Of a stretch of DNA of 64,000 nt, positions 34,634 through 44,426 are shown piece after piece. Within the stretch, counting starts at the first letter, position 1. Each line of letters begins with the position of its first letter. Where the stretch lies: positions 191,360 through 255,359 of the IMG/VR virus record IMGVR_UViG_3300013288_000004. One strand, given 5' to 3'. Both the position numbers and the translations under genes were made by a program. The stretch is from a virus. Its lineage: Duplodnaviria; Heunggongvirae; Uroviricota; Caudoviricetes. The notes beneath the pieces were generated by a model that had not been told where the DNA came from, did no database searches, and saw nothing but the letters and a program-made list of their open reading frames with translations.

Positions 34634-36049
34634 TTATGCCGTGTACTCCAAATACCAATCGTCGGTCACAGTCGTCTGTAATCCGGACACCGTGTCGGTC
34701 ACAGTAACAGATGCTGTACCATAGGCCGATGCATTATTGGCTGTCGGACATGTTCGTGATATGGCATCTTGAACAGTATAACTAGTGCCACTGCCACTAA
34801 ATCCAACGTTACCCACCAACATTCCAGTTTGCCCAGTAATGCTATTACTCCACGAATATGAGTAACTTCCAGAACCTCCAGACACTGTTATTGAGTTACC
34901 GCAGGAAACTTGTGCTGTTTGTGGATCTTCTGGATCGCATGGGAATGGTGACCAAGTATGGAAACCATTACATTGTCCGGGTATAGTAAATTGAACCGAT
35001 GGTGGTAATGGCGATGAAGATGGTGTTATTGTCACAGCCGGTGTGGTAGTCACGTCAGGTGTTGTGGTCACAGCCGGTGTGGTAGTCACGTCAGGTGTTG
35101 GCGTCACTGTTGGCGTCACTGTTGGCGTCACTGCTGGCGTTTCTGTTGGATATGGAGTAGCACCTACAGACAGAGTTGGATTTGGGGTCTCATCTGGTGT
35201 AGACGCCGGGGTCGCACTCAATGATATCGTAGGGGTGTTACTCGGTGTAATATTTGGCGGCGACACATCAGTTGGGGTTACCGTTGGGGTTACCGTTGGG
35301 GTCGCGGTAATAGATGGTGTTACCGTTGGGGTTACTGTATTAGACGGTGTAGTTCCTATAGAAGTTGAAGGTGTAGGTGTAATGGAAATACTCGGTGTAG
35401 GAGTTGGTGTCAAGCTTGGCGGTGGTGCATATGCGCATCCAATACCACCATTGTTAATATTTCCTTTGATTCCTATTATGAGATAATTGGCAAACATAGA
35501 TCCAACATCAGAAGAACCGGTTATGCGATATTGTGATGTCACTACTGCGTTAGTATCAGTGGTACACACATAATAATCAAAAGGACCATACATTGCTACA
35601 TGTGAAACCGCCCAAATGCACTCGGACAAAGAATAAGTATATCCTGTTATAGGATGCACTGGTAATGGTAATGTGTCGCCATCAAAAATAAATCCCCAAT
35701 TTGCGCATACATTATTTTTAGTGGATAGCGGTTCCCAGATATCCAAAGAAGAATTCCATGAATAGAAAGTCTTATTAGATTTGTTATACCATAGCTGACC
35801 CTGTGTCGGGTTCTTCAAAACATTTTCGGTAGTCTGATCCAAGTCTGGTACAACTGGATCTGATCCAGTTAATTCATATGCGGCAAAATTTTCTAATAAT
35901 CTTAGAAGACTTTCATTTAACTGTTCGCCATATTCAAGAAAACCTCTACCGAACAGATTTACATCTAATGCATAATCCACTTCTGTCTCAGAATCTACAG
36001 GTATATAAGATTTATTTACATCTGTGAATTTAATATCATACGTACTCAT
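34634..36049 (-). CDS. Virion fibre-like protein, paralog 2, with Thr/Pro linker
   Basis: Same N-domain, about 140 aa TPTV-rich linker, Cys-containing beta C-domain. Confidence 0.8.
   Translation of the reverse strand: MSTYDIKFTDVNKSYIPVDSETEVDYALDVNLFGRGFLEYGEQLNESLLRLLENFAAYELTGSDPVVPDLDQTTENVLKNPTQGQLWYNKSNKTFYSWNSSLDIWEPLSTKNNVCANWGFIFDGDTLPLPVHPITGYTYSLSECIWAVSHVAMYGPFDYYVCTTDTNAVVTSQYRITGSSDVGSMFANYLIIGIKGNINNGGIGCAYAPPPSLTPTPTPSISITPTPSTSIGTTPSNTVTPTVTPSITATPTVTPTVTPTDVSPPNITPSNTPTISLSATPASTPDETPNPTLSVGATPYPTETPAVTPTVTPTVTPTPDVTTTPAVTTTPDVTTTPAVTITPSSSPLPPSVQFTIPGQCNGFHTWSPFPCDPEDPQTAQVSCGNSITVSGGSGSYSYSWSNSITGQTGMLVGNVGFSGSGTSYTVQDAISRTCPTANNASAYGTASVTVTDTVSGLQTTVTDDWYLEYTA
35031..35133. 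repeat. Coding tandem repeats (34 bp x2 at 36 bp spacing; 12 bp x2.75)
   Basis: gtcacagccggtgtggtagtcacgtcaggtgttg twice, then gcgtcactgttg repeats. Confidence 0.85.
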
Positions 36050-36052
36050 ATA

Positions 36053-37513
36053 TTATGCACCGCCCCATTCAAAAGTTGTTGTATCTGTATCTGTCGCAGT
36101 ATTACCCATAGAATCTTGAACAGTAACAGTGAACAAGGCATTCAATATCTTAGATCCCCCCGGACAAGTTCCAGCTATACAAGCAACACTTCTTATCTCA
36201 AACGCTCCTGTTATATTGGAACCAGAGACACTACATGATGATGTAGTCACAGCAAATTCTGGTCCCGTTGCACCAGTTAGAGATAGAGAATGACTAACGA
36301 TGGAATAAGGCGCAATTCCGCCAGTGATAGGGCCGGAATATGACCCGGTGACAACCCTCTTATACTGTGTGATATCACAACCGTAGCCAGCCTGTACACA
36401 CTGTTCTAAAGAACCGTTTATACTAGCAACAACATTTAATGGTGCCACTGAACTCTTAGTCGGAGTTGGGGTTACTGTTGGAGTTCTTGTTGGTGTAGGT
36501 GTTACAGTTCTTGTTGGTGTTACAGATGGAGTTCTTGTTGGTGTAACAGAAACCGATGGTACCGGCGATCTCGTAGGTGTAGGAGTTACCGTTCTAGTTG
36601 GTGTTCTAGTTGGAGTCACAGACGGAGTCCTAGTTGGAGTTCTTGTTACGGATGGCGAAGCTCCTACTGATAAAGAAGGTTGTATCGATTCTGTCGGTGA
36701 TGGGGTTACGGTTGGTGTGGCTGTCAATGATGGGGTCGCTGTTACAGATGGTGATGCTCCATTTGTTGGAGTCACCGATGGTGTAATCGTTGGAGTCACC
36801 GATGGTGTTGTACCCACAGAAGTAGATGGTGTTGGGGTAACAGTAGATGTAATAGATGGAGTTGGAGTAGGAGTTGAGGGTGGAACCACCGCACAATCTA
36901 TTGTGCCCAAATCGTTATTATTACGAATGCCTAACACCATGTAATTCGCGCACGCATTTGTCAATCCGCTACCAGTTAATAATCTATATTGAGATGTTAC
37001 CAGACCATCATTATCTACTGTACAAATAAAATAATCTACATCATCAGGCATATAAAATGGTGACACGAAAAATACACACTCATCCGCTGTAAATTGATAA
37101 CCTGTTACAGAACTTACTGGGAGTGGTATATTCTGACCATGTGAGATGACTCCAGAATTACCCGCCACATCGTCCATTCTTGATAGTGGCACCCATTTCG
37201 TACCATCCCAAAAATATAAACGAGTGTTTGTGGAATTGTACCAAAATTGTCCATATACCGGACGTTCCAACAATTCTTCGTGGGCCGTATCAAAATCTGG
37301 GTTGCCGGGATTGTCAGCATCTTCAGGGCATGCAAAATTTTCAAGAATGTGAACGACATTCTCGTTAAAGATTTTTCCATATTCTAATCTAGATTTACCC
37401 GGAAAAGCTATATCAGCTTCATCAGTAATTAGGGCATTTTTCCCTACTGTTATAGTTCCATTAGCTGGATCTGTAAATCTCACAACATATGCATTTACAT
37501 TACAACTTGCCAT
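36053..37513 (-). CDS. Virion fibre-like protein, paralog 3, with Thr/Pro linker
   Basis: Same N-domain, TPTRTPSV-rich linker, Cys-containing C-domain. Confidence 0.8.
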   Translation of the reverse strand: MASCNVNAYVVRFTDPANGTITVGKNALITDEADIAFPGKSRLEYGKIFNENVVHILENFACPEDADNPGNPDFDTAHEELLERPVYGQFWYNSTNTRLYFWDGTKWVPLSRMDDVAGNSGVISHGQNIPLPVSSVTGYQFTADECVFFVSPFYMPDDVDYFICTVDNDGLVTSQYRLLTGSGLTNACANYMVLGIRNNNDLGTIDCAVVPPSTPTPTPSITSTVTPTPSTSVGTTPSVTPTITPSVTPTNGASPSVTATPSLTATPTVTPSPTESIQPSLSVGASPSVTRTPTRTPSVTPTRTPTRTVTPTPTRSPVPSVSVTPTRTPSVTPTRTVTPTPTRTPTVTPTPTKSSVAPLNVVASINGSLEQCVQAGYGCDITQYKRVVTGSYSGPITGGIAPYSIVSHSLSLTGATGPEFAVTTSSCSVSGSNITGAFEIRSVACIAGTCPGGSKILNALFTVTVQDSMGNTATDTDTTTFEWGGA

Positions 37514-37535
37514 TTGATACCCTTCATAATGTTCT

Positions 37536-37595
37536 TATTTATGCAAATCAAAGCTGTCGATTTACAATTATATTGAATATATGAAGATATTTATA
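37536..37595 (-). promoter_or_regulatory. Late promoters upstream of the fibre gene run
   Basis: TATAAATA at 37588-37595 and CATAAATA at 37536-37543. Confidence 0.55.
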
Positions 37596-38262
37596 TGTTG
37601 TGAGTTTTCGCCATAGCTAAAATAGTTTTTGTGACTTCTTTATTATTCCTCATTTTCTCTAGCCATTTGTTCCTATCAATTATCGAATCGCATATCACTT
37701 TCTCTTCTCTTGTTAGTTTTTTATTATAAACATAATCAAAAGCGCTAGAAAATAATAGATACCATGGTGATAATGCTCTAGAATGGATGAATTTTGTTAT
37801 CTCATCAAAATTTAAATATAATAAAACTTCATTAGGTTTACAACCTATTATATTAGATAAATTAACAATTGTTTTCATGGAAATCCGAAATTGCTTTTCG
37901 GCAGGGACGGTATTGTCAAAATGGATTAGATAATCTATATAGACTTCATCCATATACCAATTGTTTGGTAGTAATTTAAGATCTGAGCAAAATTTAATAT
38001 AATGCTGGGGGTCTGGTATACCATTCTTTCTAACAAAAGAAAGCAGACTACTAAAAATAGTATAGTATCTGGACTGTATGAAAGCTTTGTAATTTGGTTC
38101 TCTGTGACCGCACGAGGATCTCCAATATTTGTAAAGATTCCAAATGGCTAAACCATCCGCAGACCTAGATTCCTTGTCTCTTTCTAAAAATTTACAAGAG
38201 TGATTAATCCTCTCATCCGAAGATTTATAAACATAATCACAATAAACACATTTTTCTGTCAT
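37591..38262 (-). CDS. hypothetical protein with N-terminal C2HC motif
   Basis: CVYC..H.C start; conserved-looking SPWYLL. Confidence 0.7.
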   Translation of the reverse strand: MTEKCVYCDYVYKSSDERINHSCKFLERDKESRSADGLAIWNLYKYWRSSCGHREPNYKAFIQSRYYTIFSSLLSFVRKNGIPDPQHYIKFCSDLKLLPNNWYMDEVYIDYLIHFDNTVPAEKQFRISMKTIVNLSNIIGCKPNEVLLYLNFDEITKFIHSRALSPWYLLFSSAFDYVYNKKLTREEKVICDSIIDRNKWLEKMRNNKEVTKTILAMAKTHNI

Positions 38263-38699
38263 TTTAACTTTTTGATCTGTTCGTTGTCATAGCCTAACTC
38301 TTCCGCCATTGAAAGTAAATCGTCCAGTTTTATTGATTTCTCATATAACAAAGCTTCTTTATGAGTACAATCATAATATTCTTGGATAAGTTGTGAGCGT
38401 AATGTGGAACGTTCTTGCTTTTTCCTTTTATTCCAAGAGTACATTTTCTTTGACGTTGAGCAACACAGTAAAAGCCGTGTTAATAGTTTCTTCTCTTTGT
38501 GTAAAGAGAAGACGAATGGATTTAACACTGAGTTTAATCTAGTTATTTGTTTGGTGTCTTTAGTGCCAGACAGCCACCGCATAATGACAAGCGGCTGCAA
38601 TGTTTTTTCTTGATCCGGTGTTAATTCTGAAAAATAATCCACATCAAAATTATCAATACGTTTCAACACTTCAAATATGTCTAATTTATTGTCACTCAT
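38259..38699 (-). CDS. Clamp-loader small subunit (gp62-like)
   Basis: DIFEVL..PLVIMRWLS..IQEYYDCTHKEALLY; near the gp44-like gene. Confidence 0.55.
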   Translation of the reverse strand: MSDNKLDIFEVLKRIDNFDVDYFSELTPDQEKTLQPLVIMRWLSGTKDTKQITRLNSVLNPFVFSLHKEKKLLTRLLLCCSTSKKMYSWNKRKKQERSTLRSQLIQEYYDCTHKEALLYEKSIKLDDLLSMAEELGYDNEQIKKLK

Positions 38700-38991
38700 A
38701 TAATTTTAATTTCTTGTTGCAAAATTTACACAAAATTACACCATCGTCCAATTGTACCAATTGATCATCTGGGTGTATACAAGTCTCAGTCATCTCTTTT
38801 CTGATTTCGTGTATCTCATCAAAGAATGGTTGTTTTTGTAACTGAATTTCTAAAATCTGGTCCTCCAGCGGTTTCAATTTATTGTCTATAATATCTTTTA
38901 ACTTCTTTTCTCTGCGTTTCCATGCCAGTACGTCGGCTTTGTCAAAACTCGCTCTTATTTTCTTAATAATTTCTTCCATTTCATATTCCAT
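38692..38991 (-). CDS. hypothetical protein (coiled coil + C-H-CxxC)
   Basis: CIHP..CKFC. Confidence 0.65.
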   Translation of the reverse strand: MEYEMEEIIKKIRASFDKADVLAWKRREKKLKDIIDNKLKPLEDQILEIQLQKQPFFDEIHEIRKEMTETCIHPDDQLVQLDDGVILCKFCNKKLKLYE

Positions 38992-39937
38992 GTAATTTGA
39001 TTAACATCGCCATAAAGTTTATTTCTTTGTCAGTAACCAAAGAATGTTTATACATGCTGTCAGCTATGGTAACAATACCGGCCTTCCATTTGTTAACATC
39101 CTTAAACTTAGTAACATCTTCAAGATACTCATAGAAAAACCTATAGTATTCTAGGAAGTCATCATCCGATATATTACCGGATACTGAATTTCTGATAGAA
39201 TCCCAATTAGCTTTTTCCTGACCAATTGCTTCCAGAAGTTCTACCTTATCTCCCAAGGATTTGTCATCGTCTATACTAGCAACCACCAATTTACCATCGG
39301 ACACACTAGCATGGACACTATCTATAAATTTACGAAAATCTGGGTATGTTTTATTGAGAATATCTTCAATTATATTGATGTCGTCATCGGTCTCACACGG
39401 TATTCCATTCTCTGTCAACATATGAATAACTCTAACGCACATTTCGCCACGATCTAACGCTTTGAACTCCATGGCCTCGCATCTGGATTTAACTTCTTTC
39501 ATTATCTTATGTGGATAATTACACGAAAGTATAAATGTAACATTGTCAGCACGATCTTCCATCATCGTTCTCAATGTCGCTTGCGCATTTGGTGACAAGT
39601 AATCACATTCGTCTATGTATACTATCTTATACCCAGATTCAGATATTGGAGCTAATTTAGTAAACTCATCAATCTTAGACCGCATAACATCCACTGAATT
39701 TTCTTTTGAACCGTCGATACGTATATAATCCATATCATCGATATTCAAATAGCTTTTGAGTAAGAATGCTAATGTGGTTTTACCAGTTCCCGGTGGTCCA
39801 TATAAAAACAAGTGCGGCAATGATCCACTTTTTATAAAATCTTGGACTCGTCTTTTAATTGTTTCAGATGGAAAAATATAATCTTCTAGTAGGTGTGGCC
39901 TATATTGCATAGACCATTCTTTCTTCTTCAAGCTCAT
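38981..39937 (-). CDS. 44: Clamp-loader ATPase subunit (gp44/RFC-like)
   Basis: QYRP..LFLYGPPGTGKTT..IDECDYLSPNAQATLR..FILSCNY..SRC. Confidence 0.93.
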   Translation of the reverse strand: MSLKKKEWSMQYRPHLLEDYIFPSETIKRRVQDFIKSGSLPHLFLYGPPGTGKTTLAFLLKSYLNIDDMDYIRIDGSKENSVDVMRSKIDEFTKLAPISESGYKIVYIDECDYLSPNAQATLRTMMEDRADNVTFILSCNYPHKIMKEVKSRCEAMEFKALDRGEMCVRVIHMLTENGIPCETDDDINIIEDILNKTYPDFRKFIDSVHASVSDGKLVVASIDDDKSLGDKVELLEAIGQEKANWDSIRNSVSGNISDDDFLEYYRFFYEYLEDVTKFKDVNKWKAGIVTIADSMYKHSLVTDKEINFMAMLIKLHGI

Positions 39938-39985
39938 GTTGGATTCCTATGATCTTTTGATCATATCACAACATTATCTACCATA

Positions 39986-40753
39986 TCAAGCTTCTTGGAT
40001 AAATTTAGCCATTGCTTTAGATTTTACAGAATTCTGATGATTATCTTCAATTATTGAAACAGTGTTAGCGCGTTTCTTTCTTTGTTTTAATACATTATTA
40101 AACGCTATTGTTAGCGCTATGGCGAATGGATCAAAAACAAAAACAATGATCAAGATTAATATAGTTATAGCCTTATCTTGCTCTATCCCGAATACTTCTG
40201 TAATAAAAACTATTGGGCCAATCTTTGCGGATTCTTCAACATTTTTGGTCTTTATTTCTAGTATCTGTTTTTCTACAAAGGGAATATCTGTAGATAGTTG
40301 GGCCAATTCCACTTCAAAAGATTTCATCAATCTTTGTTTTGCTGTAACATAATTGTTACCAACACTTTGAATCTGTTTGTCTATATCCAATTTTCTTTCT
40401 TTATAAGTCTTCAATTGATCTTCAAGAATGATAAGTGTTTCTTGGTCTTGTTGAACAGATATGGTTGTCGTTTGGTGAGCGGACATCAAATAACCAGATA
40501 TACCCATAGAAGTTATAGAAACTAATATAAAGATACTGATGACAAGATAAGTCTTAAGAAATAATGATGTCTCTTTCCAATAGTTATACAAATACGATGT
40601 TATGACTATTTTACCAAGTTCTAACGAACCACCCATAATTAAAACGCTAATAAAAGAGCCAGAGAACAATTTCGCTAACCCTATAACAGAAAAATAGGCA
40701 GCGCTACCAGCCACTGCCATCATAGACAAAAACAACAACACAAGTAGAAACAT
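39986..40753 (-). CDS. Membrane protein with coiled coil
   Basis: Three N-terminal TM helices, a coiled coil, and a C-terminal TM with IVFVFDPFAIAL. Confidence 0.8.
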   Translation of the reverse strand: MFLLVLLFLSMMAVAGSAAYFSVIGLAKLFSGSFISVLIMGGSLELGKIVITSYLYNYWKETSLFLKTYLVISIFILVSITSMGISGYLMSAHQTTTISVQQDQETLIILEDQLKTYKERKLDIDKQIQSVGNNYVTAKQRLMKSFEVELAQLSTDIPFVEKQILEIKTKNVEESAKIGPIVFITEVFGIEQDKAITILILIIVFVFDPFAIALTIAFNNVLKQRKKRANTVSIIEDNHQNSVKSKAMAKFIQEA

Positions 40754-41065
40754 TTACATCGTTTCCGGTTTTTCTTTCGAAACCAAAAGAACTTTGTCAA
40801 TATTAGTCATCCAATAATCTTTTTTATTCATAGTAAGATTATTAGCCCACTGTAACGGTTCAATGAAAATAAAATCACCAACTTCCACATCTTTTACTTC
40901 GGGACCAATGTGTAAAACTTCGCCCCATCTCCCAATTTCCATATCAGATCTCTTATCAATAACACTGAACCCCCAATCGGTTTTATTTTCAAAACCTTTT
41001 TGTGCCGATAATTCCTGAATGAATCTAAACAATATATTTTTCTTAACTGGAGTAATAGACTTCAT
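40754..41065 (-). CDS. GroES-like co-chaperonin
   Basis: ITPVKKNILF..WGEVLHIGPEVKDVEVGDFI. Confidence 0.8.
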   Translation of the reverse strand: MKSITPVKKNILFRFIQELSAQKGFENKTDWGFSVIDKRSDMEIGRWGEVLHIGPEVKDVEVGDFIFIEPLQWANNLTMNKKDYWMTNIDKVLLVSKEKPETM

Positions 41066-41066
41066 T

Positions 41067-41432
41067 TCACTTACCTTTTACTTTTCTATTAAGTTTTTCC
41101 GTAACCTCAGATGCAGATTCTAAATTAGTTAAATCCATTGATAACACCGTTTGTATCTCTGTTTCTGCGTCCACCGGTTTTACATCATTGGTAGCCTTGT
41201 TAGCTCTCTGTTTATCCAGAGCCTTTCTCATGTTTGCTTCGTTAACCTGCTGCTGATGAAACATCTCTCTAACTTTACGCTTAGTAGAGTTCTTTCGCTT
41301 ACGACGACCCTGTATCAAATTTTCTCTGTGTTTAACAGTATCACTTTCTGGAATGTTATTTATTTGTAGGCGAAGTAAGTCAAAATCTACTTTCTCACCT
41401 CGGATTGAATTTACTATTTTTTTATCACTCAT
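41067..41432 (-). CDS. hypothetical protein
   Basis: SIRGEKVDFD start; late promoter upstream. Confidence 0.7.
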   Translation of the reverse strand: MSDKKIVNSIRGEKVDFDLLRLQINNIPESDTVKHRENLIQGRRKRKNSTKRKVREMFHQQQVNEANMRKALDKQRANKATNDVKPVDAETEIQTVLSMDLTNLESASEVTEKLNRKVKGK

Positions 41433-41457
41433 TGATGCGGTGCCCTTTTTGTTTATC

Positions 41458-41465
41458 TATTTATA
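41458..41465 (-). promoter_or_regulatory. T4-type late promoter
   Basis: TATAAATA. Confidence 0.6.
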
Positions 41466-41489
41466 TGCTTCTTAGGCATAAAAAACCTT

Positions 41490-42032
41490 CTATCTAAAAA
41501 ATTCTTTACAATCTATGTCATATTTTATACAATCTACACAATGAAGACCAAATATGAACAAAATATAACTAGCACATGAAGAACCTCTTCCAACTCCCCA
41601 TACTACATTATTTTCTTTGAAATAATCTATTAAGAATAATATCGCACGAAACAAATCGCCCATATTCATGTTATCTATTAACTGAGATTCATATAAAATT
41701 CTTGATATAGCTTTAGAATTATATTCTCTATCGCGTTTCATTCTGTCCAATTTTATTAGACAATAATCCATTATATTAATGTCTAAATATTTTTTAGGTA
41801 TATCCCAATTGGACTCAATATTATTATTACTATATTTAACCTCTAGAGGAATTTTGGATATTAAATTATATTTTTTAATATTCTGTGTAACTTCTTCGGC
41901 AAAACATTTATCAATACATAAACCTTGTAGCATTCTTTCGCATAATTGTTCTTCATTTAGCGAATAATTTCCATCAAACCACAAAGTTTTATCATTTAAT
42001 TTTGTAAACTCATTATGCAAAGGGTGATTCAT
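41490..42032 (-). CDS. Family-C DNA polymerase (DnaE-like) fragment A
   Basis: RILYESQLI..VVWGVGRGSSCASYILFIFGLHCVDCIKYDI..EFF. Confidence 0.82.
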   Translation of the reverse strand: MNHPLHNEFTKLNDKTLWFDGNYSLNEEQLCERMLQGLCIDKCFAEEVTQNIKKYNLISKIPLEVKYSNNNIESNWDIPKKYLDINIMDYCLIKLDRMKRDREYNSKAISRILYESQLIDNMNMGDLFRAILFLIDYFKENNVVWGVGRGSSCASYILFIFGLHCVDCIKYDIDCKEFFR

Positions 42033-42363
42033 ACTTTTCTTTATTAACTATTGGCACGTCAATGATACCACCACCGGCAGCAGCCCTCTTCATAGCCTCC
42101 AATTGTTCTGGACTATGAATAGTATAATTAGGAGCTACTGGTGGGTTTCTAGCGTAATCTTCTAAAGATACTGGGGAGTTGTACGTTTGTGCGGCATTAG
42201 GGTTCTGAACTTGGCCTCTCTCTGGTAAAAACACACCCTCTTCCAACTCATCGATTTTTTGTAGAATGGTTTTCCATTGTTTTGCTGTAGGTTTCCAAGC
42301 TTCTCTATCTTCTTGAAATGCTAACACACCTTCAAGCCACATTTTAAATTCTTTTACTTTCAT
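42013..42363 (-). CDS. hypothetical protein
   Basis: EFKMWLEGV..W.PT.KQWKTI. Confidence 0.7.
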   Translation of the reverse strand: MKVKEFKMWLEGVLAFQEDREAWKPTAKQWKTILQKIDELEEGVFLPERGQVQNPNAAQTYNSPVSLEDYARNPPVAPNYTIHSPEQLEAMKRAAAGGGIIDVPIVNKEKYESPFA

Positions 42364-42364
42364 T

Positions 42365-42850
42365 TTACATTATATCCCAGACAGTTTTATTTTTTAAATA
42401 CTTATTATATACATCAACACTTGACAGCATTATCCAATTATTTGGTCCTAATGCATGACATAGCATTTGATTTCTATGCAATGCAATTGTATATATGTTC
42501 ACAGATTGTATGTAGTCCACGCACCTAACGGGTATATACGCTTGTTTCATCTTTCTGTGATTCATTACCAATGCTGTATACATCCCTTTTGTTAAGTCAG
42601 AAGTCACGAGAGTATCTAAATCGTGCGTGTCTTCTGAAGACACCAACATGTGCCAACTTGCTGGCACTTTTATAACATATCCCATTACTTCTATTACTAA
42701 TGCTGGTGTGTTAATACACTCTAACATTTTTATTTTAGATAAACGAAAATCCATTTCTGCTAAATTAAGAGTCCAAAAGTAATTGGACTTAATTGGACTA
42801 TCTAAATTATCAATTATTATTGGGTTTGATTCATCGTCTGAAATGATCAT
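42365..42850 (-). CDS. hypothetical protein (beta-rich)
   Basis: Coupled ORF directly downstream of the UvsW-like gene. Confidence 0.7.
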   Translation of the reverse strand: MIISDDESNPIIIDNLDSPIKSNYFWTLNLAEMDFRLSKIKMLECINTPALVIEVMGYVIKVPASWHMLVSSEDTHDLDTLVTSDLTKGMYTALVMNHRKMKQAYIPVRCVDYIQSVNIYTIALHRNQMLCHALGPNNWIMLSSVDVYNKYLKNKTVWDIM

Positions 42851-42890
42851 TAAATATCCGGAATTATATTTTTATATTGTAAACTGATTT

Positions 42891-44426
42891 TCAATCAATG
42901 TCAACTACTTCATCATCAATTAGCTGGTTTAGGACATTATATGTCTCATTTGGTTTCAATTGAATTTTAGAATTCTTAAATTTATATTTTTCTTTCTTAT
43001 AAAAAGCTATTCTCTTTTTATAGTGTATCATTGAGTATTTTAAATTTGAATGTATGTCAAACACATTAATATGAGTTTTGTCGTGTGCTTTTCTTAAACC
43101 ACGACCCAGTGACTGAATGACTCGAATATAGCTCTTGCCGGCATCAATAATAACTAGGTTCTTGATTCTAGGTATATCCAATCCGGCCTGAACTAATTTA
43201 TAAGTAGAAAAGTGAACTATATCGTCTCTGTTGGCATATGATTTATATACAGTTTGTCTTTCCTTGGATTTTGTCTGACCGTATATGAATACGGATTCTG
43301 GTATTAACGCTTGTAATTTCTTACCGTGTTTAATGGAATTTAGAATTACTAATGTGTTTCCAGTACGAGCTATATTAGAAATATATTTTACCAACTCTTC
43401 ATTTCTATTATCATTTTTAGTTATATATGATGCTTCTGAACTATAGTCTGGGAAATATCCTAATATAAAATCTTTATATGATATCTCAGTCTCTTCATTT
43501 TCTTTTTGGAATAATCTATATTGTGGATTCAAATCTTCGGTAAATTCTACACAATTAATCTCTATATCAGCTAGCCAACCCTTTTCTATCAATTCACTTG
43601 CTGCGACTTCATAAACGAGTTCACCGAAACAACATCTCATCATCATTTGACCGCATTCATCCTCTGGCATGGTACCAGTCATTGCTACTTTTAATGGCAT
43701 ATGATTAGAATGCTCTGATATGATTTCGGATACTTTTGCCCCTGAAAGTGTATGGCACTCGTCCAATATAACCGCTTTAAATAACTTCAACACGTCTGGA
43801 TTATGTTGAATCGCTTGCCAAGTTGATATCACATTATCATGATCTACAACTTTTGACTTTCCGGAATATTCTCCAACATCTACACCACACCTAACAAAAG
43901 TTTCCTTAGTTTGAGTAACTAGATCATAATTAGGTACTATCACAATTGTTTTGAACGACTGATTATTAAATATCTCACACAACGCTGCTGTTATGATAGT
44001 TTTACCAGCACCCGTACCGGCTCTAAGAATTCCACCATAATTGGAAAGTAAAGCATTCACAGCTTCCACTTGGTGTGTGCCCAAAGTTATTTGTCTATGA
44101 AAAAAATAATCCTTGTCAATCGGATTAAACTGTATTTGATACTCTTTTCTTTTATCTACAATAGAAAAATTGGTATAACCAAATTGTTCTAATTTTACTA
44201 TAATTTCTTCCGCTAAATTAGCTGCGGTCAAACCATTTTGAGAAAAAAATCTTTTCTTTCCATCCCATCTACCTAACTTGTATAATGGGTGAAAAAAATA
44301 CTTGTCAGTTAGAAAACCATACTTATTATAAAAGTAATCATAATGTTGCCGAAGCAATCCAGAGAACAAACAGTTATATTCATTTATAAAAGTTATTGTA
44401 ACTTTATTTTTTATAGTTTCAATCAT
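42891..44426 (-). CDS. uvsW: UvsW-like SF2 helicase
   Basis: KLGRWDG, AGTGAGKT, DECH, MTGT, GLDIP, QSLGRGLR. Confidence 0.92.
   Translation of the reverse strand: MIETIKNKVTITFINEYNCLFSGLLRQHYDYFYNKYGFLTDKYFFHPLYKLGRWDGKKRFFSQNGLTAANLAEEIIVKLEQFGYTNFSIVDKRKEYQIQFNPIDKDYFFHRQITLGTHQVEAVNALLSNYGGILRAGTGAGKTIITAALCEIFNNQSFKTIVIVPNYDLVTQTKETFVRCGVDVGEYSGKSKVVDHDNVISTWQAIQHNPDVLKLFKAVILDECHTLSGAKVSEIISEHSNHMPLKVAMTGTMPEDECGQMMMRCCFGELVYEVAASELIEKGWLADIEINCVEFTEDLNPQYRLFQKENEETEISYKDFILGYFPDYSSEASYITKNDNRNEELVKYISNIARTGNTLVILNSIKHGKKLQALIPESVFIYGQTKSKERQTVYKSYANRDDIVHFSTYKLVQAGLDIPRIKNLVIIDAGKSYIRVIQSLGRGLRKAHDKTHINVFDIHSNLKYSMIHYKKRIAFYKKEKYKFKNSKIQLKPNETYNVLNQLIDDEVVDID

Noticed and set aside
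35031-36900. CRISPR-like or intergenic repeat array
   Set aside because: The repeats are in-frame 12/36 bp units encoding Thr/Pro linkers, with no unique spacers.
35043-36944. Plus-strand Val/Gly-rich ORFs (35043-35486, 36717-36944)
   Set aside because: Antisense shadows of the Thr/Pro linkers.
42365-42850. Stand-alone Hint/intein domain
   Set aside because: Beta-rich, but lacks the N-terminal Cys/Ser, TxxH and terminal HN motifs.
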